This document shows, one piece after another, positions 36,531 through 51,650 of a stretch of DNA of 64,000 nucleotides (position 1 is the stretch's first letter; the number at the start of each line of letters is the position of its first letter). Origin of the DNA: Camelus ferus (taxonomy: Eukaryota); NCBI RefSeq assembly GCF_009834535.1, contig NC_045696.1, positions 25,050,001-25,114,000 of the forward strand. Reading direction: 5' to 3'. The notes below the pieces were generated by a model. It was not told the origin of the DNA. It searched no databases and saw only the letters and a program-made list of their open reading frames with translations. Position numbers and translations under genes: made by a program.

Positions 36531-38121
36531 TTGCAGTCTACAATCCATTTAGCTTCTGTTTGTTTTTTGTTTTTTGTTTATAAATACAATATCTGGGAGC
36601 TAAATCTACTGACTTGGTTCTTAGCAAAATTTTACCTGTAATAAAAAGTCACACTCTACCTACACATCTCCATTTTGTGCAAGTTGTTTCTAAAGTTAAA
36701 TTTAAATAAAGCCTTTAAGGGAAAGTCTAAGAGGTTGCCCAGCTACAAAAAGGGGGTAAATTTACGTTGTAGAGATTCTTTCTGCCTGTATTTCAGGACG
36801 TAACCAATGTTTTATACTTTGCAAGTATGTATTCATTAATAAGTAAAAAGGTGTCACAATTGTGGTGAGAATAATGACACACGTGTGTATGTTAGCATTT
36901 AGATACATTCTATGTGAAAACAGTTCTTTATAATTAAACTATCAGTTCATAGAAATAGAAGTCATAAATGTTATAGGATGCTATAAAAGAACAATTTATC
37001 TTTTCTAAAGTAAGATACAAGAGGGTAATAGTAAATAAAATATAATGTACTGCATTTGGCAGTGGACTTATCATACATTGAGATGAACGGATTCATTAGC
37101 CTTTCCCACCCACCCGTCTTCTTTATTGTGGAAACTAACTGTATATTACAGTATTAAGGGCAGATTGAAATCCTGACTCACTGATGTCTTCTTGTATGTA
37201 CTCTTACTGATGTAGATTGAATGGGCTAACAGCTATAGTACAACTCATAAAATGGGTGTTCAGAACGTTTGATAGTTTCACAAACATTTGCCTATTTCCC
37301 CAAAACAAAATGCAAGCATTCTAACGTGGATAACCTTTATCTGATATACCTGTATCAATTGTAAAACAATTTAATCTGTTTAAAACTGCATTGAATAAAG
37401 ATGTTAACAAACATTGCAATATGGGATTTTAAGATTTATGTCTTTATGGAAATATACTTTAAGTCAGGCCTTTCAGTAGCTGACATTTTTAACTTGAATG
37501 TTGAAAAATTATACTCAATTAAAATAACAGGGTAACCCACATAGTAAATGGATCCTGATCTGGTGAGGGGAAATGTAACAGTTTAATTTAAATTTATATA
37601 AAATATTTTATGTGTATTTATTTCTTTAGGCCAGATAGAGAAAGCATGAAAACGATTCTAGGTGATTAACATTTTAGTGGGTAATGCCCAGGTTTCGGTG
37701 ACACTAAACTCAGATACACTCAACCAACATTAACTGTCTGAAGTTATCTCCACATAGCAGGTGATTTGGTCCAGAGAATCCAAGTGCTTACAGTAAGGTC
37801 CACTGGGATTGTTAAATTGGCATACTGACCATGTATCAGTGTTACCATAATAATATCCTCAAAATCAATTCCTTCTTGTTGACCCAGGGGAACAGATAGT
37901 GGCCGAGGACATGTCTGAAGCTAGGATATAAGGCGCACTCTTATTTGAAGCATTTGTTTTCTCTAAAACATTTCTAGAACTCTTCTCTAAAGGAAGCAGT
38001 GATTAGGGAATCAATGGAAATAATGTGGGAAACATATTATAGCAAATGATTATCAGCATCAGTGACGGCTTCCAAAAATTGACACATAAGAGGTTGTCTT
38101 TATTGAGTATCTAATTTTTGC

Positions 38122-39273
38122 TTTTTTAAAAATATATTTTTATTGACGTATAGTCAGTTTACAATGTTGTGTCAATTTTTGGTGTACAGCACAATGCTTC
38201 AGTCATATAGGAATATACATATATTTGTTTTCATATTCTTTTTCACCATAAGTTACTACAAGATATCGAATCTAGTTCCCTGTGCTATACAGTATACACT
38301 TGTTGTTTATCTATTTTATATATATTAGTTAGTATCTTCAAATCTCAAACTCCAAATTTATCCCTTCCCACCCCAATGTCCCAGCCCTGGTAACCATAAG
38401 TTTGTTTTCTATGTCTGTGAGTCTGTTTCTAGTTTGTAAAAAAGTTTGTCTTTTTTTTTTTTTTTTTTTTTTAGATTCCACATATTACTGATATATGATA
38501 TTTTTCTTTCTCTTTCTGGCTTACTTCACTTAAAATGACATTCTCCAGGTTCATCCATGTTGCTGCAAATAGCATTATTTTATTCCTTTTATGGCTGAGT
38601 AGTATTCCATTGTATAAATGTACCACAGCTTCATCCAGTCATTTGTTGATGGACATTTAGGCTGTTTCCATGTCTTGGCTATTGTAAATAGTGCTGCTAT
38701 GAACATTGGAGTGCATGTATCTTTTTTGAATTAAGGTTCCCTCTGGATATATGCCCAGAGCAGGATTACTGGGTCACGTGGTAAGTCTGTTCCTAGTCTT
38801 CTGAGGATTCTCCATAATGTTTTCCACAGTGACTGCATCAAACTGCATTCCCACTAGCAGTGAAGGAGGGTTCCCTTTTCTCCACAGCCTCTCCAGCGTT
38901 TATCTTTTGTGGACTTTTGAATGATGGCCATTCTGAGTGGTGTGAGGTGATACCTCATTGTAGTTTTGACTTACATTTCTCTGATAATTAGCGATATTGA
39001 GCATTTTTTCATGTGCCCATTGGCCATTTGCATGTCTTCATTGGAGAATTGCTTGTTTATGTCTTCTGCCCATTTTTGGATTGGGTTGTTTGTTTTTTTC
39101 TTAAGTTGTATGAGCTGTTTATATATTCTGGAAATTAACCCCTTGTCCGTCTCATTTTTGCAAACATTTTCTCCCATTCCATTGGTTGTCTTTTTGTTTT
39201 GCTTATGGTTTCCTTTGCTGTGCAAAAGCTTGTAAGTTTAATTAAGTCTCATTTGTTTATTCTTGCTTTTATT
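38122..39273 (-). mobile_element. 5'-truncated young LINE-1 (ORF2 C-terminal region plus 3' UTR)
   Basis: ORF 38971-39225 ([16 protein letters not shown]...[38 protein letters not shown]) is L1 ORF2. The 3' tail matches the copies at 2700 and 8680. Confidence 0.97.
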
Positions 39274-42200
39274 CATTTATTTTTAACTTAACACAAACTA
39301 ACTTACTGCAAACCATTGAAAGAACTGCAGTGAATAGAAGCGCATAGTCACTAGTGTAAGATGTCATCATTTTCTCCCCAAAGACAGGATTTCTTTCAGG
39401 AAAAGCATGCTTAGCTGGTTTCCCAAAGCTGTGAGACTTTAACATAAGGCACTCCTCTTTTCTGAGTGTCTTCCTCTCACTGCCACCTCCAGTGATTGAA
39501 AAATCTCCTTACCAACATGTCAAGTCACTTCCCTTGAGGAATAAACACCTAAAAGTAGTATTCACAAGAGTGACAGAAATTCAGAAATGGTCGTGCCATT
39601 ATTTACATCTCTGTCATTCACTGTTATCATTATGGCTTTTATTTTTATATCAAAACTAACATAGTTCTCCTAGTTTTTTTCTGTGAGATTAATGTCCTCA
39701 TTTTTTATGGTTCAAGTTCCTAAGGGTCCCTAAGTATAGATCCATAGTAACTTTTTTGAAAATAATTTTTAACATGGAAGCTTGAAATGCATTTTTTTTT
39801 TGCAAATTTTATCACAAAATGTTTGGGGGAGGAGCTCACATTTCATCACATTATCTTGGGAGGCTTTCTTATACATGAGCTTGCTACTTCACATGTCCTG
39901 TGTTCCTAATTTCTTGAGGCAAAATTTGGAAAAGTTGTGATCCTGGGGGTATATTCTTAAACTGATGATCATTCTGAAAGGGCAGACCTCATTTATTATT
40001 TTCACCAGCTATTTAAAAACAAACTAGGTGACTGCTTCACTTGTTTCAGTTCCTGGCGGTTCATTGAACATTTTGGGATTAAAAACGCATTTTTAGACAA
40101 TCTGAAGCAAAAAACATTGTTAGTTAAAAACCATCAGTCCGTATAGTACTGTTCTAATACTGACCCTATAATATAAAGCCTATTTTCTTTAAAGTGTGTG
40201 GTATTTTCTTTAAAAATTGGTGGTTCTTAAAGGAAGAATCATGTTGCACCTATTTAATTTTAAGATATGGTCTAAAAGAATCTCTGAAAAAGCACACATG
40301 CTTGTAATATACTAAAGCTTCATTACTTCTTCATAGAGGTGGTTGGAAAAAAATTAAAGTTTTTAAATGTATCTCTGGCACTGAGGCAATTGCCTTTAAA
40401 ATATTTAGCACACACGTTTGCTTTTCATAGGATTCTGGGGAACAGCTGTTATAGTAGGGTTGGAGATGTATGTTCCACTTAAGGAGGCAAAATTCTTAAA
40501 AATATGTTAAGTAAATTATGAATTAAGAGGTGGCAGTGGGTAACAGTTTAAAATCTTCAAAAATTGATTTACTAAAGACTAGCCTATAGTAGAAGAAATT
40601 ATAATGTCAAATGTAATAAATAGCAATTCTTGAACATACAATAAGTTAGGAATACACAGTTTCAACCCCCCTATTAAAACAAAACAAAAACAAATACAAA
40701 TTGTGTCTCCATAATTATATGTGTGTTTAAACTGTGTTATTGACCTGAACATTTTGCCTATTTATCTCTGAGTTTCCTCTAATTTTCTAAAGACTAATTG
40801 GAATCAAGATGAGATCTTTAAAATATTCTGTGATGAGGACCTGTATTCCCTCTTACTGTATGTAGTGTTTAAAATCATCATCACCTCTTTGCTTCTGCAA
40901 TCTCCTTTTCCTCATGTTTGCTTCGATCTGACTCTTGGCTTAGGCAGGCTTACTCACTTGTGTGCCCTCCACACTGCTTGGTGCCTGGGATGCAGTAGGA
41001 ATTCCTTAAATGCATGAGGGACCCCCACCCTTCGGTTCACAATGCATGTTTTTTGCTTCAATAATCCAGTCTGTGTGATTCTCCAGCCCTCAGGAGGAAC
41101 AAAGGCTTGCCCTTAGAGATGTTAGCATGTGGAAGCTTTGAAAGTTAAAATGTTTTTTAAGGAGACAGAGATTTTTCCTTAAAATGCTTAAATACTACGT
41201 ATATTCACTTTCCGGACATGTTCTCAGTTAATATTTAAGTCTGTTGGGTCACGGGAAAAGGTGCTGCTGTACTCTTCTGCTTTGGGAATGGTCCTCAACC
41301 TAGGAAGCTTTCAGGGTGACATTTAGATGGAACTTTTTAGAAATATATCACTTTCTCGGGGAAGTACTGCAGAGAAGAACAGATTTATAGGGCTGGGAGC
41401 CTATTATGCGGAGCTGTAGATCACTGCTGTCGACCAATGAGACTAGCTTTTTTTTTTCCCCCCAAATAGTCACCAAATGTCCTTTGTCTTGTCTTCCCAT
41501 GTTGAAGTAACAATTCAGTTTAATTTTTTGTCTGAAAATTCAGATTGTTCCTAACTCTTTATCATTTTTCTTGATTTTTTGTTCCCAGTCTCATGTGTTA
41601 AACAAATGTTTTTGTCAGCTATATTTGTCTGGAATGATAGATTTGACAGCAAAGCCTAAATGTAGACAGTTAAAAATCCAGTACAATAAATCATTGCATT
41701 TACCATGTGTTTGTGAAGGGATATGATTAAAAAGAAAACATATGTGAAGTAGAAAAATAAATCTAATAAGGTTATTTTAGGAGAGCAGTATTAGAAAGTT
41801 TAGAATTGTAATCGTTGTACAGAATATTTTTTAAAGGACAACAGATTCTATAGTTATTGTTACTCAATATATTTAAAGCTTCTAATAGTTTATACTGTAA
41901 ATATAATAGTGTCTTTTTTGCATAATACATCTAGTTTATAATTATAAAACTTATTACAAACTAGTTGTTGAAATAAAGTGGCAATTCTCACTTGTTGAAG
42001 AGCATTACATATAAAATATCACTGATCAAAAATCAATTTTCTACTATTATATTGTATGTGATTAAACTATTATCAGATCAAAGTACTCTGTTGTGTTTTA
42101 CAAAAGGAGAAGCTAGAAAACCAATTTTTCTTATAAGGCATGAGATTTGAAGAGTTGAATATTGTCACTTAAGTATAAATCATTTGCATGATCTTATAAT

Positions 42201-43685
42201 ATGAAAATTATCTGGGGGATGGTTACTAGTAATCATATCCATGTTGAATGCTCATTTATATATAAATAGAATACTTTTTTTTGCTAACAGAATCAAATGT
42301 AATTTTATGTATATTGGAAATAGAAAAAAAAGCAATATGAATATTATGTTAATATAAGTACACAGTGATGGGACAAGTAAGCATATTATAGCCATAGCCT
42401 TTTAACAAATTCCTTACGTTGCAGTGTGTGAAACTCTTCTTGTGTTGCAGCTGTCTAAGGTTCATAAAATTATTCTAGAGTGAGTAATTTTAATCAGCTC
42501 TGGACATTTTGACTTGAATTATTTTGTCTTCTGGAAAAAAATGGCTTCCTCAGAAACTGGTCATTTTGAAGACTGGCAGCTATTTCTGGTTGCCAACTTC
42601 CGAGGAGAATTTTCATCACTAGTAACAGGAAGTATAAAGAAAATATGAGTGCTATTGGCTAAATTGGGTTCCATTACAACTGTAAAAAACAACTCCACAA
42701 TTTTTGCTTAAAGTATCACACCAATGGTATGACTATCTCAAGTTTTTTCAAGTCAGGAATAGGCATCTCTTGTTGTTGTTTGAAAGACAATTAATAGATC
42801 TTGTCTGTGACTCCTACTTTGGGAAACTGATTTACCATGGACAGAGAAATAACGGACAATAAGAAATCTTGAACTTTGCTGTCTCATGAGCATTTCTCTC
42901 CCCTCCATGGAATTTGATTCCCTGCACTCCGATCTTGGACATCATTTACTCTTTCAATACTAGATGTTCTAGAAGTATGTTTTTGCTACAATTTAATCCC
43001 AAGAACAGGATTATTGCAAAACTCCACTGTATTTGAGGGTTTTATTTTCCCTAGCGTGGTTTTCAGCTGCCTAGAAAAGGCCATGGTTATTAGTTTTGTT
43101 ACTCTTTCTAATAAAGATTATGAAAAATCAATGTCAAGGTGAATACATCTGAATAATGCAATACTCGTCAGCAAGTTAACGTCAGACTTTAAAAATTTTG
43201 CCACTATTGATTGCTGCTAAACCAGTTTTAGAAACTAGAGTTGTTTCACTGAATAAATTCAGATAAAGTGTGTTTCCTTTTAACACCTGCATCCTGCCTC
43301 TTGGCATCATCAACCAAGTTAATAATTAGGGAATATATTACCTTTCAACTCAGTTGTTTAAAATTTGTTTTTCTTTAAGCATAGCCTTATTATTTGGACT
43401 CAGAATTTTTTCTAGAATATATTATTTATTTTAAATGAATATATAATTGTCTGTGTGTCTGATTGTGGACACAGAATTAAAATGCATAATCGCTTGCCTT
43501 TATTTTCCATACTTAAATCAGAATTTTTGCCTAACATAATCATTTAATGATAGAGGTGTGTTCTGGTGAAATGTATAAAAAAGCCTATTTATTTAGATGA
43601 CCTGTATGCCTAATAATTCTCGTTATACAATCTGAAGTACCAGAAATTTTTCTTCTAGGCAAAATAAACTTACATTCAAGAATTA

Positions 43686-44133
43686 TGTTAGTTTTCTATA
43701 AATGCTACACCAGATTATCAAAAGTGGCCTGGTGGCCAAGTACCTAAAGATTTATAATCTTACAGTCCTATAGGTTAGAAGTCCAACATGAGTCTCACTG
43801 GCCTAACATCAAGGTATCATGAGAGATGGATTTCTTTCTGGAGGCTCTATGGGAGGCTCTCTGATTCCTTTACTTTTCCAGTTACTGGCTGTCACCCACA
43901 TTCCTTGGCTCCTGGCCCTCTGTCATCTTACCTATTTCTGTCTTTAAAGACCTTTGTTATTGCATTGGGCCCTCTAGGATAATTTGAGATAATCTTCTCA
44001 TTTGAGGTCAACTGATTAACAACCTTGTTTGTCCTTTGCCATGTAATCGAATATACAAATTTCAGAGATTGGAATTATCATGTGGACATATCATGGGGCG
44101 TGGGGAGAATTATGGCCTTATTCTGCTCACCGA
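43686..44133 (-). mobile_element. MaLR LTR (MLT1C/D-like)
   Basis: 'tttataatcttacagtcctataggttagaagtccaacatgagtctcactggcctaacatcaaggt', 'cacattccttggctcctggccc'. Confidence 0.8.
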
Positions 44134-46417
44134 AAGAATGGAGTCAATTTTTAAAATAAATTTTGGAAGGCCTGTTTTGTTAGTGCAATAGCAAAGTGGA
44201 AATATTTATAAAATAATACCAACTCTAAAATCATAAATAAAATTTAACAAGATAAATATTTGAATTGAAACATCATTTTCTGTCAGGAACTCTGATAGAA
44301 TTTATTGTATCGTACTATTTCATGAATGTCACCCCTAAAGAATAAGAGGTGTAAGAGTAACTATAGCATTTCAGAATATTAGGCACAGTATTTAAGAAGT
44401 ACAATTGAACAATGTTAAGTCAAAAGCTGTCAGTCAGGTCATTTCTCGACCTGGCAGATCAAAGGATATTTTTCCCAGATAGTTGCTTCTAATCCACAGG
44501 TTAACGTAAGTTTGGATGGTGAAAGAGCAGGGGTAAATATAGGGGAAACCAAAAAATACATGGCCCAACGATGATTTCATTACATGGTGACAGCCATGAG
44601 CTGTGCATCCTTCCATTGTCAAGGTAACTAGCCTTCCTTCAGAAAAGCACTTCAGACAGATCACTATGTTTGCCCATCTTAGAAATATAAAGTATATTCA
44701 TTTTTGTTTAATTGTGAAATAGTTATTAAAGTTTGTTCTTAGAGTATTATAAATAATTCGAGATCAATTGATAATTCTAGGGAAGATGACTGCAGATGTG
44801 GCTATTTTAAAACTGTATAGTAATGTATCATTTTATTATTTTTAAAAGCATAAACATTTTGTTGAATAATAGCATTCCTAATTTCTAATCTGTACAAAGG
44901 TCATTAGCCACTGATTTTGCCACATTCTCCACTGTAAGAAACACTATCGTTAGCTAAATCTGTGTATAAAAGTATCAGAAGCCTAACAAGCATCTATTTA
45001 GGGAATAAAATTTGTCTAGATAAAATATTTCCTCCAAAGTGATATATTTTCCGTAGTAGGAGGGCATGAATAGAAATTATTTGACAAAGTAAAAATTTGA
45101 AACACATTCAAATATGGCCTAATGCTAATTTTCATACTAATTTTTTATTTAGACTTATTTATGTCTATATGTATGATGCATATTTGAGATTTTAGACATT
45201 TCATTTAGGGGGTTATTCCAAATGTTGTCTGTAAATATTTTAGACCATTCAAGAACCAGTCTTTTTAATGAAATACTGTCTGTCTACACTGACATGAGAG
45301 TCCAGCTAGTTATCGTTCTATATTCCTGTATCAGTCTGTACTCTCAACAGGTGTTCTTAATCAGTGTTTTTAATGGAAAATTAACTTGCATTTAGAGCTG
45401 TTTTTCTCGCTCTCTGCTCCAAGAATCCTTACTTCAGATCCTTCTAAGGTTATAACAGCCTCTACAGAAGGCACAATTTATCATCTTGCTTTTATACAAA
45501 TGTGACATGATCTCATTATATTTCTGCCACTAGATTTTACTGCTTTAATAATCCATTGCAATATTTATAGAGTGGCATGATGAATCATATTATATTTATC
45601 ATATCATACAACAAATAGTATGACATACCAATAAACCACTCCGTTTTGGAGAGTGTTGAAATGACTCTTTCTAAACCTGCATCAACGTGATGAGTCAGCA
45701 TATAGTCTCTTGATCAAACCTGTAGTCTAGCACAAATGCATACTTTAGGGTGGTTAATGCATATGGAAACTCAAAATTACTTAATTATTGTCTAATTTTT
45801 TTAATGAAGTAAACTTACTTGATTGTATAAAACGTTAAATTCCAAAATAAAATATTTTGATGGATTTTAAATCCATGAGCTTTAAATGAGCTATTATTCT
45901 AAGAGGAATACAACTGATGAGAGACTAATAAAATTTGTACACACTGAGATGTCAGGTGAACATTTTTCCTATTTGCAAGAAAAGATTAGAGGAAAAACTC
46001 TAGTTTAATAAAAAGAATTCCCAGAAAAGAAAGGCAGATTGAAGTATGATGTAACCTACCAAGTATATAGACAAACTAACAGGTTCATATATATTAAGGG
46101 TATAATCAGACTGACTAAAAAATAGTATCAGAAATTGGATTTTCAGACACTTATTTCAGTGTTATTTTATACTAAATTCTTTTTGGTCCTCTTTAAAATT
46201 AATGTATTGAATTTTAAGAACATATTATTTTATGTAAATATCAAAAGATAATCAAGCTGATACATATGGTCAACCCAGGGAGCCTAGGTGGTGACAGGAT
46301 CTTTTGGAGTCCAATTGCTGTTATAGTGGCTTATATTTGAGGCCAGCAACACCTTTTCTACTATCTTTTTGCTTTAAAATGTATTCTCCACAAACTCTTT
46401 CGAAAAAAGATACTTCC

Positions 46418-46759
46418 TGTATGGATTGAAAGTTTCTGTCTTCCCAAAATTCATGTGTTGAAATTTTATCCACCAATGTGATGGTATTAGGAAATGGGGT
46501 CTTTGGGAGGTAATTCCGTCATGAGGGAGACGTCTACACTAATCCATGAGGAATTATTGCCTTTATAAAAGAGACCCCAGAGAGCTCTGTGGCCCTTTTT
46601 CTGCCACATGAGGACACAGTCTACAGCCCAGATGTGTGCTCTCACCAGAACCTGATCAGGAGCTCTGATCTTTCACCCTCTAGAACTGTGAGAAACAAAC
46701 TTCTGTTGTCAAAAGCCACTCAGTCTGTGGTAATTTGTTATTGCAGCTTGAACTGAGCA
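46418..46759 (+). mobile_element. MaLR LTR (MLT1A-like)
   Basis: 'tgtatggattgaa...cccaaaattcatgtgttgaaat...ctttgggaggtaatt...tagaactgtgagaaacaaacttctgttg..aagccactcagtctgtggtaatttgtt'. Confidence 0.9.
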
Positions 46760-46849
46760 CTTTGTCTACTTTTTATGGATATTTCCAGCTTATATCTTCA
46801 GTGGTGACACTAGGATACCTCCTAAAGGTGGCTGAACCAGGAAGCCCAA

Positions 46850-47112
46850 GGGAGCAGTGGAGCACAATGGTTAAGGGCATGGATCCTGGAGTCAGCCTTC
46901 TTGGTGTGAATCCTAGATCTACCACAAATCAGAAGTGTGATCACAGGCAGGTTGTCTAAGTTATATGGTCTCTTAGTAAGTTCCCTTCTGTGAAAAATGA
47001 GAACAATGAATAGTACAAAACAGTTCATAGGTCTGTTGTGAGATTAAATTATTAGATATTAAGATCAGAGGACAATACCTGTATAATAAATATCAACAAA
47101 TAGTAGCTATTG
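46850..47112 (+). mobile_element. MIR SINE
   Basis: 'agcacaatggttaagggcatggatcctggagtcag...gtgtgaatcctagatctaccac...ctgtgaaaaatgagaacaat...gttgtgagattaaat'. Confidence 0.8.
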
Positions 47113-47635
47113 TTCAAAATAGCAATAGAAAGTAAGAGGAATTTGCTTGACAAAATGTTTGGAAAACATGGTAGGAAATGCCTTTGTTACTTTGCTTTTC
47201 CTAGCAATAGAGCAAACCAGAGCCTTGAAATTATTGAAAACTACTGTAGTTTACTGTTCAGGATACATAGAATGTACAAAAAAAAAGAGATTTTAAAAAT
47301 ATTCTTCCTTATCCTGTAATGCTTAATTGTACTTGGTGTTACAGCAAAAGCCTCTTCTATAAGACATGATTTTGTCCTATTACAAAGCTATGAGATGCAT
47401 CTTACTTTTGTAGAGCTTTGCAAATGTTCCTGTTACCAAAATTTATTTTGTCCTCCTTATCCTGTCATATGAGAAATCTAAGTGGGAAAAAATACTCTAA
47501 AATGTACATAACAGTATATTATTTAAGCACTATTATTACACACAGAATGTTTTAGAATTTTTATGCTTAGGTAAGAATTTTCAAAGGAGTGAACAGTTGA
47601 CATTTAGGATTAAGCCCCAAACTATCACATTTTCT

Positions 47636-48245
47636 TTATTTATTTATTGAACATAGTGAGCATCTAATATGTGACAGATAATGATTTAGGTGCTGGAGAA
47701 ACAACAATGAACAATAGACAAAAAGCACTGTCTTCCTAGAACCAACCTTCTAGTGTGACAAGAGAGTCACAAAGATAATAAGCGCTAAGGGGAAAATATA
47801 TATGGAGGGTAGGGGGATACCAGCAGCAGTTTTAAATAGTATGGTCAGGGAAGACTGTATACAGGTGACATTCTAGCAAAAACCCAAAGGAAAAGAGAGG
47901 GCAAGCCCTGCAGCATAGCATAGTGTTTAAGAGCACAGACGTTGGTAGAAAAGCTGCAGGGGCTTGATGTGTTCCAGGAAGGGCAAAGGGTTCTGTGTGC
48001 CTGGGCTCTAGTGAGCCAGCGGGACAGTGAGAGCAGAGGGAGGCAGAGAGAGAATGGGGCCTAATTACACAGTTCTCTGTAGGTCTTTGTAACATCTCAG
48101 GCTTTTACTTTGAGTAAGATGGACAGTCACGGGGGAGTTTTTAACTCGACGTGCATCATGATCTGGCTTATATGATGCAGAATCTCTCCGGCTGCTCTGG
48201 AAGAGAGGCTGTGGGAGTCCAGGGAGGGTTCCAAGGAAACCCCAA
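47636..48245 (-). mobile_element. L2 LINE, 3' portion
   Basis: Tail 'tatttattgaac...gagcatctaatatgtgacag...taggtgctggaga' and 'ggcttttactttgagtaagatgg...catgatctggcttata'. Confidence 0.8.
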
Positions 48246-48254
48246 GTCATCCAC

Positions 48255-49175
48255 TTGTGGACTCCACCCTTGGTCTCTCACCAAACTCAGGGACATTGTT
48301 CCACCGACTTTCCCATTTCTTCTACAGTTCTCTTCTTTCCAATTAATGCTTTTCTTTATATAGAAATATGCTATAATTCTTCTTCTCTGAAAGCAGTACG
48401 TCTTTCCAGATCAAATCACCCTCTCAAGATACTGCTTCCTTTTTCTGGAGATTTTACCTCAATATGCCTTCTCCTTTGCTTACTTCACAAAATTTGTTTT
48501 TACCAAGGACAGTATTGGCCTCTGTATCCTTCAATGCTCAGACCTTTTCTCAGCATTTGACATGGGTAATCATTCATTTCTCCTTGAAACATTTTCTTCA
48601 CTTGGTTTCCAGGATACTGCACTCCTGGTTCTACCTACCTAATTAACTGCTGCTTTTTTGACTCCTTAGCTGATTTCCCCATATTCTGATTTCTGAATTG
48701 CAGTGTGACAGACCTAAATTCCAGCCCTGCTTCCTCTACCCAAACTCAATGCCTTACTGATCTCATGCTTTATCTCCTGTGCGTATACCACTACCTTCCA
48801 AGTTTTGTCCCCGGTTTTCGTTGCTCTGCTGAACTCCAGGAGTGCATATTCAACTGCCTGGTTGATATTTTCACTTAAAATCAAATAAGCAACTCAACAT
48901 TATTATTTGCCAAATTGACTCTCCTATCTTCCCTCTCAAACCTGATGCATCCACCATCTCAGCAAATAAATTCATTCTTCAATTATTTAAATCAAAACCC
49001 ATGAAGTCACCCTTAACTGTTGTTTTTCTTTTGTCCCATGCTCAGTCCATCAGGAAATCCTACAAGTCTCCTTTTAAACTGAACATAAAATCAGAGTATT
49101 TTACACTAATACTACATTTGTCCAGACCACCCTCAGCCCTCAGTGGAATATTGTCATGGTCTTCTACCTTCTGAG
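48255..49175 (+). mobile_element. L2 LINE, upstream portion in opposite orientation
   Basis: 'tctcagcatttgaca...tctccttgaaacattttcttcacttggtttccaggatactgcactcctggtt' and 'ctgaactccag...atattcaactgcct'. Confidence 0.8.
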
Positions 49176-51494
49176 TGTCTTAATCAAGAGCAGATGAGAC
49201 TAGATAGCAGATTTATTGCTAGCTCTTTCTAAAATGATGATTATTATAATTTGGTGAGTGTTAAATAATTGTAAGTTATGCTACCTTATGAAAAGTATCT
49301 CCACTATGTCCTTTATGATCATTACAAACATCCTAAACAAATTTTACTAAAATCTTGAGAGAAACTTATTCCTGTGGTTGATTTTCAATAGTGGGCTTTT
49401 GATCAAGAACAAGGGACAAATTCAGAGGCATTAGCTAAGAAAAGTCTAAACTGAATTTCGAGAGAAGAGGGCTACTGCTTTACTGGGATTTGGAATGCTT
49501 TGGGAGTCCTAATGTCACAAAAATAAATGACTTCTGCAAAAGGAAACTTTATAAGTATCTCATTAGCCACCCAGTTTTTATAATCCATCAGTTAAGTGTT
49601 GCATTCCCTGGGTCAAAGGTAACAGTTTATGGTTCATAATTTCTAGATTGCTAAACATTTTAATTTGGTCATAACATTTGACTGGTTTTCATTCATATTT
49701 GCATTTTAGGACATATAATTTACTTAAGCTGATAATTTAACCTATTCAAAAAGCTTCAGATAAACATCAGCTGGTTCTAGTAACTCACTATGATTGTTTA
49801 TCTCAATTGCTTCATCATGAATACTCCCTTAAGATCTCATGTTTTCCAAAATTGTTCTTTAGTTTCTCATAAAACACTTTTGCAATTGGAATTCCTCACA
49901 TCATCTTCAAAGATAAATGGGAGAACTTAGAAATTAATTTGACCTCTTTGCTGCTTTGACATCCGACTGAATTACTACCAAGTTTCCTATAAAAGCCATT
50001 ATCTCATTAGTAACTATCTCATTTATAATATATTATATTAAGTATAAAATATTATGAACTAGTAAGGTTATCTGGCTTCATGCTATGTAATTGCCGTTTT
50101 TAATTTATATTTCAACTGGGTTTATGTGCTTTGTGACAGTTAGGATATATTCATATTTTTAAGTATTTCTTGTTTTAGTCAGATTTCATGTTCTTTAAAT
50201 GCAAGTTCTTGCTTTGATTTATATAAGCCTTGTGAGCAATTTGCTCATTTTCTAAGGGAATTTTTTGAGATCATAGATAACTTAAGGAATGATGTTGCCA
50301 TTTAAACTTGCTAAGAGGGACACAGATAATAATTGACAAGTCTCAAAGAAAACAGAAAGGATTAATGAAACCCAATGCATGTAATGATTATAATTTTTAT
50401 TGATAATGCTGATTTTAAAAAATAGAAACACATGTAGATTTATAGAATCTTAATGTCAGACTGATGCCTCTTTCTGGTAGTTTAGTCTTGCTTTGTAAAT
50501 TTTCTCCTCTATATAGCAAAAAAAAAAAAAAAAGCTATCTTGGAGAACACACTCCAATGTTAAAAAAAAAAGCCTATTAATAGTCATCTCTACAATATAG
50601 ATTCTCAAATCTGCATTGTGGCACATCCTTTTGTACTTTATGAGCCAGTGGTTTAGGACATAAAAAAATATTGATGTTTCTCAAATCACTTGTGGTTTGT
50701 AGACACACATCATGTTTTAGCATTCTAGAGTTGTTCTGGTGTATTTGAAGATTGGTTTGCTCTGTAACATTACAATCTAGGAAAGTTCTTGTTTTTGTTT
50801 TTGGCTTTTAAATCTATCTCTGAGGCTGGATAATAGTCTTCCCCCCAAAAAAAAAACTTTTTTGGATTTTTTTCCCCTTTGAGGAACATCAAATTCTTAG
50901 TTCTTAAAGGAGAAGAGATTTAAAACATTGTGTAGAAATTTTTCATGATTTTGTCCCTATTTTGTAGAGCAATATTTCAAAGGGTAGCTAGTATTGCATT
51001 TCTCAGTTAATTTTTTTAATTTTAGGATGAATAAAAAACAAAACTTAGAGATATATTGACCAGTTCATTCAATAAGATGTTTCCTTTATTTATATTCCTA
51101 GATCATTTTTATTAATACAGAAAGACAGCCTATAAAGTTGGATCATAACCTTGAAATTCTGTAGAATTCCTTTAAATGTGTACACATAATTCTAGACTAA
51201 ATGAAAGATTTTTTAAGACCTTTTGTCCTACCAGCTCTCCGAGTATCACAACACTTCATAGTTTGGTGTAAGTTGTAATTCAGAAATAATGCTCTTTAAT
51301 GTCATACACTATTCTTAAAATGAAACCAATATAATTCAACCAAATATTTATTAAGACCCTCACTGGTAAAGATCTAAGAAAACATAAAAGGTGACAGATG
51401 GTCAGTGGTCAGTGGTCTCAAGCAGTGTTTCATGGATCCTCGGTGTCAGAATGTGGGCAGGCCTCAGAGGCAACTAGAACTAAGATGCAGAGAA

Positions 51495-51650
51495 TTGACA
51501 ACTGTCTCTTCACCTACTCAGATCTCAGTTTCCTCATTTGTCTCCTGAAATTAATAATAAAATCTACATCCCAGGACTAGTTATGTTATGTATATAAAAC
51601 ATTCTTATAGTCTGATACAGCCATTTTTCAGTGTTCCTTAGTAAACCACT
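51495..51650 (+). mobile_element. MIR SINE core
   Basis: 'tctcagtttcctcatttgt...aataataaaatctacatcccagga'. Confidence 0.55.
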
